A DNA stretch of 54,804 nt from an uncultured marine group III euryarchaeote (GTDB lineage Archaea; Thermoplasmatota; Poseidoniia; MGIII; CG-Epi1). The translations under genes and the position numbers were made by a program. Positions within the stretch are counted from its first letter, which is position 1, and every line of letters starts with the position of its first letter. Positions 8,567 to 16,562 of this stretch are shown here, piece by piece. Below the pieces are notes generated by a model that saw only the letters and a list, made by a program, of their open reading frames with translations, was not told the origin of the DNA and ran no database searches. The stretch spans positions 1 to 54,804 of the forward strand of contig CACALG010000002.1 in the NCBI GenBank assembly GCA_902533295.1. Reading direction: 5' to 3'.

Positions 8567-9997
8567 CTAAAAATTGAAATCAAGAACCTGTGTATCAAAT
8601 GTTTGAAGATTAACTGCTATTGCACGGCAAGGATCTGGCTGAAAACCCATCATTTTTTGATATGCCGTTTGTGCTTGCCAAGTGCCTGGATTCATCATTA
8701 AAATGCCATTATATCGCTCAACACCACATGAATGAACATGGCCTGTGACAAAAATATCTGGAACATCCCTAATCAATAAATGATCCTGTTTTTCAGGAGC
8801 TAATGGAGTCTTTGCACCATAAATGGGTGCTAAATGTCTTCTATTGAGCAATTCCTTCATCATAGCCATGGGATTGTCATATGATAAATCTCGAAGGCTT
8901 ACCAAATCGTCAAGCGACTTCCCATGATAACAGAGAACCTTAACTCCTGCTAAATCCAATAAGACCGGATTGGCCGTAAAAGTTAAATTATCTCCAAAGT
9001 CTTTGATTACCTTATCTGGTAATGGTAATTGAGGTTCCATTAGTCTAACTGCATCGTGATTACCTGGCATTATTACTGTTTGAATAGTATTCGGTATCTT
9101 AGCTACGGATTCAGATAAAACCGAATATTGTTCCCATACATCTGTTATGGACAAATCTGCTTCTTGCCCAGGATAAGAATCAATTCCATCAACTGCATCG
9201 CCTGCAACTACTAAATAGCCAGGATTTGGAATCCACTCCTTATGGTAATCAACTTCACCATTGAGCCAGGACACAAATTTGTTCCATTCATTTTCCTTGA
9301 ATGTACCACTTCCCAGATGAATATCTGAAATGAAAAGGGCGATATAGGGTTCTTCCGCCCTAGAAGCTTCTCTATAACGGCCTAAATGTGGGCGAACTAT
9401 CGGAGAATTAACAAACAACATATTTCCTTGCCTGTTAAGTTTACCTGAAACTCCAATAACTTCATCATGAAGTAAATTAAGAGAAACACCATCGCTTTCG
9501 TTTAACATTAAATTAAGGCGTGCATTTTTATCTTCAATAGCAACTTTCACTTTACCATTTGAAAATGTATTTATTTCTGAGACCATTCCTATTACTTGAT
9601 TCTCTTCATCTGGATTTAATTGAGATAATGTGCCTGCATCTCTCATTGATGGGTTTCTTCTGACCAGACGCGATAATGTAGTAAAGCGATCGTTAAACAA
9701 GGAAACAAAACTCTCTAATTTTCCATCTGACATACTTTTGTCTATTTGCCTTTCAATTATTACGGGTGGAATATCTGCAACTTTAGGCCTACTAACTGGC
9801 TTTGGCGGTTCAGAAACCTCATCTACTAGTAAATCAGAAACACTGAGAAATAATTTAGGAGTAGCAAGTGACTCTACTGACTTTTCGAGTAATACCAAAC
9901 CCTCTGGATGGTTAACAACATGTGTTATTAATTCTGGAGAAGGCATTAATTTTCGCTCTGAAAGCCAAGCAATTACTTCTTTCTCTTTAACGGACAA
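8567..9997 (-). CDS. dp1: DNA polymerase D (Pol II) small subunit DP1
   Basis: Calcineurin-like phosphoesterase motifs DIHLGS, VVAGDAVDG, MPGNHD and GHVH, preceded by an OB-fold-like segment. Only a TTG start is available at 9997. Divergent from cdc6. Confidence 0.9.
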   Translation of the reverse strand: MSVKEKEVIAWLSERKLMPSPELITHVVNHPEGLVLLEKSVESLATPKLFLSVSDLLVDEVSEPPKPVSRPKVADIPPVIIERQIDKSMSDGKLESFVSLFNDRFTTLSRLVRRNPSMRDAGTLSQLNPDEENQVIGMVSEINTFSNGKVKVAIEDKNARLNLMLNESDGVSLNLLHDEVIGVSGKLNRQGNMLFVNSPIVRPHLGRYREASRAEEPYIALFISDIHLGSGTFKENEWNKFVSWLNGEVDYHKEWIPNPGYLVVAGDAVDGIDSYPGQEADLSITDVWEQYSVLSESVAKIPNTIQTVIMPGNHDAVRLMEPQLPLPDKVIKDFGDNLTFTANPVLLDLAGVKVLCYHGKSLDDLVSLRDLSYDNPMAMMKELLNRRHLAPIYGAKTPLAPEKQDHLLIRDVPDIFVTGHVHSCGVERYNGILMMNPGTWQAQTAYQKMMGFQPDPCRAIAVNLQTFDTQVLDFNF

Positions 9998-10187
9998 GAT
10001 TACCCCAATTAGAGAGAGAACAAAACCCTTTTTGTAAACTTTAAAGTAAAACTAAAAAGATTATATTATGATAAAAATAATTTGTAAGAATAGGGTTTAA
10101 AAAAGCAAAGAAAAAATGAAACCACCCCGTTTGATTTATACCCTGTATGCTATACCTGTGGCCCCACTAGTTGTGGCAATATTACTT
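9998..10187. other. Candidate chromosomal replication origin (oriC) between dp1 and orc1/cdc6
   Basis: Inverted AAACCCT (10023-10029) / AGGGTTT (10092-10098) flank a 62-nt stretch with only 8 G/C. TTTGTAA occurs as a direct repeat at 10031 and 10081. A C/G-string element ACCACCCCG lies at about 10121. The position next to cdc6 is the classical archaeal origin context. Confidence 0.35.
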
Positions 10188-11468
10188 ATGAAAAAAAGTG
10201 AAGTTTCGGAAAATAGCAATGTCTTTGATAATTTAATAAACAAAGAAAGGATTTTCAGGAACAGAGAAGCTCTATCATCAACTTTTATTCCTTCAGAATT
10301 TCCACATCGAAATGATGAAATTAACAATTTCGCAAATATTCTGAAACCTGCATTATATGGTGCGCGGCCATCCAATATCTTAATATACGGTCAGACAGGA
10401 ACTGGAAAAACTGCGGTTGCAAAATTTATTTGTAAACAAATACTAGAAAAAGCTGAATACGAAAATAAAAAGATTCATACGGCATATATTAATTGCAAAC
10501 AAACCAATACACCCTATGGAATTTTAGCTAATATTGGCAAAACATACTATGCAGAATGGGATGAGGTAATACCTCATGCAGGATGGAGGATTGACAAAGT
10601 TTATGCAGCTTTAAAACAAAAAGCAGATGATACTGGAGGAATAGCAATTGTTGTATTGGATGAAATAGATGCATTGGTAACAAAAACGAGCGATGATATA
10701 CTTTATCATTTGACGGGGTTGAATTCTGACTTAAACAATTCAAAAATTTCATTAATAGGTATTTCAAACGACACGAAATTCACCTCATGGCTAGATCCAA
10801 GAGTTAAATCAAGATTGGGTGAAGAATCATTGACTTTTGCACCATATAATGCTATCCAAATTGAAGAAATTTTAGCACAGCGAACTCACATTGCATTTAA
10901 TGAGAATGTTGTTGATCCTGTGGTATTGTCTTATTGTGCTAGTAGAGCTGCACAAGAACACGGAGATGCAAGAAAGGCATTGGATTTACTTAGAATATCC
11001 GCCGAATTAGCTGAAAGAGATGAGCGTGAGATAGTTACTGTGGATTATGTTACACAAGCTCAGAATGTTATGGAAAAAGATCAAGTGAAAAGTATAATCT
11101 CAACTTTACCAATCCATTACAAAGCAACGTTAGCCAGTGCTATTCTAAATCAAGGAAAAAGGGAGAATGGGCAACAAACAACCGGAGAAGTTTATAGCAC
11201 ATATACTCAGATTTGTGAGCGCTTTAATTTAAGTGATTTAAGTCAAAGAAGAATTGGACACATAATATCTGAACTAGATATGCAAGGCCTAATTAATGCT
11301 AAGATTGTCAGTTTAGGTAGGCAAGGAAGAACAAGATTCATAAGGGTAGCACTAGAAAAAAACCAAGTGAGAGAGCTTTTCAAAGAAGATAGCTTCTTGT
11401 CTGATATTGTTGATGAATTGACAAAAACTGGGAAATATATTGGAAGTACTCAAACGAGACTAATCTGA
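10188..11468 (+). CDS. cdc6: Orc1/Cdc6 replication initiator
   Basis: Walker A GQTGTGKT, Walker B VVLDEID, and a C-terminal winged-helix region. Start placed at ATG 10188 (MKKSEVSEN...IFRNREAL), because the 24-aa hydrophobic extension from 10116 is atypical for the family. Confidence 0.9.
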   Translation: MKKSEVSENSNVFDNLINKERIFRNREALSSTFIPSEFPHRNDEINNFANILKPALYGARPSNILIYGQTGTGKTAVAKFICKQILEKAEYENKKIHTAYINCKQTNTPYGILANIGKTYYAEWDEVIPHAGWRIDKVYAALKQKADDTGGIAIVVLDEIDALVTKTSDDILYHLTGLNSDLNNSKISLIGISNDTKFTSWLDPRVKSRLGEESLTFAPYNAIQIEEILAQRTHIAFNENVVDPVVLSYCASRAAQEHGDARKALDLLRISAELAERDEREIVTVDYVTQAQNVMEKDQVKSIISTLPIHYKATLASAILNQGKRENGQQTTGEVYSTYTQICERFNLSDLSQRRIGHIISELDMQGLINAKIVSLGRQGRTRFIRVALEKNQVRELFKEDSFLSDIVDELTKTGKYIGSTQTRLI

Positions 11469-11897
11469 TTGACTCGAATTTCGTTTTTCTATACCTTCTT
11501 TCCAACCCTTCTCCCATCCTGCTGCAATGGCGCCTTGTAAACCTGCTTTTCTTGCAGCCTCTTTAGCATCCATCAAAACTTTATCCCTTTCTTCTTTGTT
11601 TTTTTGATTATTTATTTCCATTGATATTTTTTTAGCTTCCTGAGTAAATTCGTTTGCCTGAGACCACATACTTTCAGATGTATTCTTTAATATTTTATCA
11701 GTATCAGAATCCATAGGTGCATTCAAAGCTGCTTCAAAACCCTTGGTATATGCATCCTTTAATGCCTCTGATTTCATAGCCGCACCCTTACTCTTTTCTT
11801 CACTATATTTAGCCCAAGCCAAACCCCGCATGACTCCAGGAATATACTTTTTCACAAAAGAAGGAATTTCTGAAGAAGGATCTTCTTGTTCTGACAT
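11460..11897 (-). CDS. Hypothetical helical, charged protein (145 aa)
   Basis: ORF only, with no recognisable motif. Lys/Glu/Ala-rich helical sequence. Overlaps the cdc6 3' end by 9 nt (convergent). Confidence 0.45.
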   Translation of the reverse strand: MSEQEDPSSEIPSFVKKYIPGVMRGLAWAKYSEEKSKGAAMKSEALKDAYTKGFEAALNAPMDSDTDKILKNTSESMWSQANEFTQEAKKISMEINNQKNKEERDKVLMDAKEAARKAGLQGAIAAGWEKGWKEGIEKRNSSQSD

Positions 11898-11934
11898 ATG
11901 TTATCTATAACGGAGTGGCATAAGGAAGTTGTGC

Positions 11935-13503
11935 CTAATCTCGATACGTGTCAGGATAGAATAATAATAGAACTGTAATAATTTCTAACCTACCAAGCAT
12001 CATCAAAGCGGACAAGAATAAAAGTGTTGAGTCTCCAAGAAGGCTATATGTTTCTGTAGGACCTATAGCACCTATTCCAGGCCCAATATTTGCTAAACAA
12101 GAAAGTGATATAGATATGCCATCAATTACACTCATATCTGGCTCTAAATACAAAGTAATCAACGAACCTAACAAAAATAATATAATAAAAATAAAGAAAA
12201 AGACGCCTACATTACGGAATAAATCTTCATTCAAAACCTTGTCCCCTATTCTTAGTTTAATTATTGCACGAGGATGAATAACCAAAATTAATTCTCTTTT
12301 TAATGCTTTAAAAAGAAGCATAATTCGAACCATCTTGATTCCGCCAGTAGTAGAACCAGCACAACCGCCTGTAAACATGGCTAGTAATAATACAAAAATT
12401 GACATTTGTGGCCAGAGACTGTAATTAGAGGTTGTAAATCCAGTACCTGTCAAGAGTGATACGGTCTGAAAAGATGCTTTACTGAAATTTGAAAGATTAT
12501 TACTTTCGCTATTCGTATCCAATACTAGATTAATAAAAATTAATGAGAATAAAAGCAAAACTAAATTCAGATAGAATAATAATTCTTCATTTTCTCTTAG
12601 TACTTTAAAAGACGATTTAATTCTATCTGAAAAATCTCGTGAGAAATCAATTATATTATTAAAAACATAATAAAGTATAACAAAATTTATACCAGATATA
12701 AGCATGAAAAATGTCACAATACCCATTGCTAATGGACTATCATAGGATCCAATTGAATTTCGTTGAGGAGAAAAACCTCCTGTTGAAACTGTAGAAAATG
12801 AATTACAAATGGCATCATATAGTGGAATATCTGCCACCATAGATAAGAGCAATATTTCTACCATAGTCATAAAAAAATATAATGACCATAAAAGACGGGC
12901 TGTTTGGGCCATCTGTGGCTTCAATCTAGTTATCCCAGTACCTGGCATTTCAGCCTGAAGAACTTGAATTCCTCCACCGAAGAGACGTGAAAAAATTATA
13001 GTTGCAAGGACAATTATTCCCATCCCGCCAAGCCATTGCATTTGTGATCTCCAAAGAAGAAGTGATTTCGGAGCATCAAAATAACCTTCATTGTATTGTG
13101 TAGGGTTTACCGGAGAATCACTTTCTAAATCAAAAACAGTAGCTCCCGTTGTAGAAAGACCAGACATTGACTCAAAAATTGCACCTGCGATTCCTATTTC
13201 ATATGACATTAAGGATAATCTTTCAGAGGCAATGAAAGGGAGAGCACCTACTATTACCATTAGTACCCAAACCACAGTTACAAGCAAGAAAGCCTCACGA
13301 TTTCTAATGTCTTGTTCTGAATGGAAAAAATTATGTAAAAATATCCCTAATAATAGAGACATAAGCATTGGAATACCAAACATCCAGAAAATGTCAATGT
13401 ATTGTTCTCCCATGTAAAGACCTACTACTATTGGCAGAGCGAAAGATAATCCGAAAAAAGCTAGAATTGTGCCTGTAAGGCTTAGAATGAGCTTTATTCT
13501 CAT
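11935..13503 (-). CDS. trkH: Trk-type K+ uptake protein, membrane subunit TrkH
   Basis: Four pore-loop-like repeats (SGLSTTGATV, STVSTGGFS, LLTGTGFTT, GCAGSTTGGIKM). Polytopic; directly downstream of trkA. Confidence 0.9.
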   Translation of the reverse strand: MRIKLILSLTGTILAFFGLSFALPIVVGLYMGEQYIDIFWMFGIPMLMSLLLGIFLHNFFHSEQDIRNREAFLLVTVVWVLMVIVGALPFIASERLSLMSYEIGIAGAIFESMSGLSTTGATVFDLESDSPVNPTQYNEGYFDAPKSLLLWRSQMQWLGGMGIIVLATIIFSRLFGGGIQVLQAEMPGTGITRLKPQMAQTARLLWSLYFFMTMVEILLLSMVADIPLYDAICNSFSTVSTGGFSPQRNSIGSYDSPLAMGIVTFFMLISGINFVILYYVFNNIIDFSRDFSDRIKSSFKVLRENEELLFYLNLVLLLFSLIFINLVLDTNSESNNLSNFSKASFQTVSLLTGTGFTTSNYSLWPQMSIFVLLLAMFTGGCAGSTTGGIKMVRIMLLFKALKRELILVIHPRAIIKLRIGDKVLNEDLFRNVGVFFFIFIILFLLGSLITLYLEPDMSVIDGISISLSCLANIGPGIGAIGPTETYSLLGDSTLLFLSALMMLGRLEIITVLLLFYPDTYRD

Positions 13504-13506
13504 CTA

Positions 13507-14883
13507 CTAATGGAAAAAGTTTTCCACCTCTGGAAGCTTAGTCTTCAATGTAAAGACTAATACATGATCGTTTTCTTCGAGATTTGAATCTGAATCTGGA
13601 AAAATTGCTTCTCCATCTCGATTAATCATTGCAATTAATGTATCTTCTGGAAGATTTAAATCTGAAATCTTCTTTCCTGTTTTGCCATTTTTATTCTTAA
13701 TTAAGAATTCTCGAACAGAAGCATCACCTCCTTCTAACTCTTCCATGCCTTCTATTTCATCAGTTGATGTTGCCCTGTTAACTATCGCATTAACAGTAAC
13801 TCTTTTAGGATTAATTAGTGTATCAATTCCTGTATCTTGTACTACATATTCCAATTCAGTTTGATAAACTAAAGCCACGGTACGCTTGGCACCTTCTTTT
13901 TTTGCTAGCAAACAACTTAAAACGTTCAAATCTTCACGATCGGTTGCTGCAACAAATAAATCCTCATAACGAATTCCTTCTTCTCTTAAAAAATGTCGGT
14001 CTGTTGATGAACCCACTAAAACTCTAACGTCTTCAGGTAATTGTGCACTTGCAATCTCTGCCATTTCTTTATCTGGTTCTGCAATATAAATTTCTACATC
14101 TTTGTATCGTCTAGAAACTTGTTCTGCTAAACGAATTGCTATTCGGCTTGTACCTGCTATCATAATACGTTTAATATTTCTTTCACCAGTAATCTCCTTA
14201 GGAATTCCTAATGCATCAGATAAATCATCCAATTCACTATATTCACTCAAAAGAATTAGTATTCTGTCACGTGGCATCAATGTATCTGTATCTTTTGGAA
14301 TTATGACACCTTCCTCCCTAGCTATCAAAACAATACGGCAGTGTGGAGGAAGATTTATGTTTCCAAGAGGCCTACCTACTGAAGGGGAACTATCGCTCAA
14401 TCTAACTTCAAGAATTCTAAGTTTTCCTACTGAAAAATGTTCTAAACGAGTAAGTGCTGGTCTTGACAATATTTGCCAGATTCGATGCATCGCTAATTCA
14501 TCTGGTGAAACATAAGCATCAACACCAAATAATTGCTGATAATCATAATCCTCTGGCATATCTGTTAATTCAGGATTATTAATCCGTGCTATTGTACTGC
14601 AACCTGCTTTCTTAGCTATCGAACAAGCTGCCAAATTCACTATATCTTTGCCTGTAACTGCAATAAACAAATCCGTATTGTTTAATGAAGCTACTTCAAC
14701 TAACAATTTCGCTGATGCTGCATTGCCCTGGAAGACTTGGGCATCAAGTGTTTGAGCTCGTTTTACTGCTGTAGCGTTTGAATCGATCATTGTGACTTCA
14801 TGGCCTCGAAACACTAGGTCTCTTCCGACACGAAATCCGACTTCTCCAGCACCCGCAATGAGTACTCGCATTATTGCCTTCAA
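13507..14883 (-). CDS. trkA: Trk system NAD-binding subunit TrkA (two RCK modules)
   Basis: Duplicated Rossmann motifs (VLIAGAGEVGFRVGRDL and IMIAGTSRIAIRLAEQV), each followed by a TrkA-C domain. Confidence 0.9.
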   Translation of the reverse strand: MKAIMRVLIAGAGEVGFRVGRDLVFRGHEVTMIDSNATAVKRAQTLDAQVFQGNAASAKLLVEVASLNNTDLFIAVTGKDIVNLAACSIAKKAGCSTIARINNPELTDMPEDYDYQQLFGVDAYVSPDELAMHRIWQILSRPALTRLEHFSVGKLRILEVRLSDSSPSVGRPLGNINLPPHCRIVLIAREEGVIIPKDTDTLMPRDRILILLSEYSELDDLSDALGIPKEITGERNIKRIMIAGTSRIAIRLAEQVSRRYKDVEIYIAEPDKEMAEIASAQLPEDVRVLVGSSTDRHFLREEGIRYEDLFVAATDREDLNVLSCLLAKKEGAKRTVALVYQTELEYVVQDTGIDTLINPKRVTVNAIVNRATSTDEIEGMEELEGGDASVREFLIKNKNGKTGKKISDLNLPEDTLIAMINRDGEAIFPDSDSNLEENDHVLVFTLKTKLPEVENFFH

Positions 14884-14914
14884 AAAGGAGGTTTCTTAAA
14901 AGCTCTTGTAGGGC

Positions 14915-15829
14915 CTAATTTTCTAGTTTATACTCAAAATACTTTAGCCCATAAGACGAGAAAATACCAAATACAAATGCTAAAATAGCCAAAAATATAG
15001 AAATATAGTTAAACTCATCTAAAAGTTGACCTAACGGTAAATTAACAGGTAAACTTCCTTTATCATAACTTTCTTTCCATGGCCAGAGTGTGATCAATGA
15101 TCCAATCATTAATCCTGTCAAAATTGACATGGTCAATTCTTTATGAACATTTAACATACGATTCATAAATGGAACAAAAGTGAATAACGATATTAATCCT
15201 CCTAAGAAGAAATACATTAATGGAACAATATCCATATTATGAACATAACCCACTATTTCATCATACAAACCAAGAGTCAAGAGAACTAAGGCACCACTAA
15301 CTCCTGGAAGGAGCATGGCTGTGAGTGCAAGAAGACCACTCAATACTAATAAAGTTCGACTAGTATTTTCTATAGGATGACGTGTGTACAAAAATACCAA
15401 TATTATTCCTAATAAAACTAAAAAATAATTATTAGTTGATGGATTTGATACAAAATACCATGGTTCCCTGATGCTGATGAATACTAAACCAAAAAAGAAG
15501 GAATAGATATAAGGTGCCGTATCTTTTTGCATTAATAATCCAGGAGAAGAATCAGAACCCACTAGTACCTTAGTTACCAAATAATAAGAAAAAAACATCC
15601 CTAAAGCAAGAGGAATAAGAAAATTAAGAGCTTCTAAGAATTTTCTACGAGACTCTTTTGGAAAACCTTGTTTGATAAATGAAACACACTCTGATAAAAA
15701 ATTCAGCAATTTATCATATATACCCAAAATTAACGCTATGGTTCCTCCACTAACGCCAGGAACTGCATCTGCTAATCCCATCAATAAGCCGCAACCAAAT
15801 ATTCCTTTCAGCTTACTATCATCACTCAT
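14915..15829 (-). CDS. DUF368-family membrane protein (PopT-type polyprenyl-phosphate translocase family)
   Basis: Duplicated PGVSGG motifs (DAVPGVSGGTIALILGIYD and LLPGVSGALVLLTLGLYD) in a protein of about 8 TM helices. The start overlaps the Nop5-like stop by 8 nt. Confidence 0.75.
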   Translation of the reverse strand: MSDDSKLKGIFGCGLLMGLADAVPGVSGGTIALILGIYDKLLNFLSECVSFIKQGFPKESRRKFLEALNFLIPLALGMFFSYYLVTKVLVGSDSSPGLLMQKDTAPYIYSFFFGLVFISIREPWYFVSNPSTNNYFLVLLGIILVFLYTRHPIENTSRTLLVLSGLLALTAMLLPGVSGALVLLTLGLYDEIVGYVHNMDIVPLMYFFLGGLISLFTFVPFMNRMLNVHKELTMSILTGLMIGSLITLWPWKESYDKGSLPVNLPLGQLLDEFNYISIFLAILAFVFGIFSSYGLKYFEYKLEN

Positions 15830-16544
15830 TTTTATCTCCGAAAAAGTCTATTTTTGATGCGATCGCAACTTTAGCTGCTAATTTTCTTGAAGCTCGTCCC
15901 TTGTCTTTTCCTAATGCTCGTTTTATTTTTGGATGCTGATAAAGAACTCCGTGTTTTGGAGGGGGGCTACCATCAGCCATGTGTCTAAAGAGAGCTTTTT
16001 CAGCCCCTAATAATTGAATTGTAGATGCAGGCATTCTAGCCAATTTAGAAAGATTACCTGCTAGTGCAACTATTCTAACTGTTAATTGAGTACCTAAGAC
16101 TTTTACTAGATTTGGAAAAATTAAAGGTGATTTCTCGTCTAAGTACTGTGATAGTTCTTTGATTAATTTCTTTGTATTTTCTATGTGGTCCTTCAAGATG
16201 AACATCTGTGAAGGCAATGTTTCAGTATCAAATATTTCATCTAATCTAGCCCGAGGATTACCAGTCAATTGTGAATACCAAGTAGTAAATCTTTCTGAAG
16301 TTAAGTTAAAATTCGAATGAGCCTCATCTAATGCTTCTATAACTTGAATTAAATTTTTGTCAGGAGTTATACTACTTTGTATTGCTCTTTTTGCTTGAAT
16401 TATGCTAGCTTCCCTAAGTAAAGAAAAAGGTAAATTTTGATATTCGGATTTCAAATTCGAAGAATCGCCACTTTCCAAAATCTTAGAAAGATCTTCCGGA
16501 TTAACAGGATGTTCTTCAGTTTCTGGCAAAGAATTTCCTGTCAA
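15822..16544 (-). CDS. Nop5/Nop56/58-Prp31-type Nop-domain protein, short form lacking the N-terminal domain
   Basis: Canonical Nop domain ARMPASTIQLLGAEKALFRHM...PPKHGVLYQHPKI...KGRASRKLAAKVAIASKID, preceded by the coiled-coil segment ERFTTWYSQ. Only about 45 acidic residues precede it. TTG start; the frame is closed 3 codons upstream. Confidence 0.8.
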   Translation of the reverse strand: MTGNSLPETEEHPVNPEDLSKILESGDSSNLKSEYQNLPFSLLREASIIQAKRAIQSSITPDKNLIQVIEALDEAHSNFNLTSERFTTWYSQLTGNPRARLDEIFDTETLPSQMFILKDHIENTKKLIKELSQYLDEKSPLIFPNLVKVLGTQLTVRIVALAGNLSKLARMPASTIQLLGAEKALFRHMADGSPPPKHGVLYQHPKIKRALGKDKGRASRKLAAKVAIASKIDFFGDKNE

Positions 16545-16562
16545 AGTGACACCTCAAAGAAA

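Noticed and set aside
9630-10037. 135-aa plus-strand ORF overlapping the 5' part of the PolD small-subunit gene
   Set aside because: It is antisense to a confidently identified gene, with a Ser/Thr/Leu-rich translation. It would also occupy the candidate origin spacer.
10116-10187. 24-codon N-terminal extension of Orc1/Cdc6 (MKPPRLIYTLYAIPVAPLVVAILL)
   Set aside because: It is hydrophobic and TM-like, and unlike any Cdc6 N-terminus. ATG at 10188 gives the family-typical start. The segment is better explained as part of the origin/promoter spacer.
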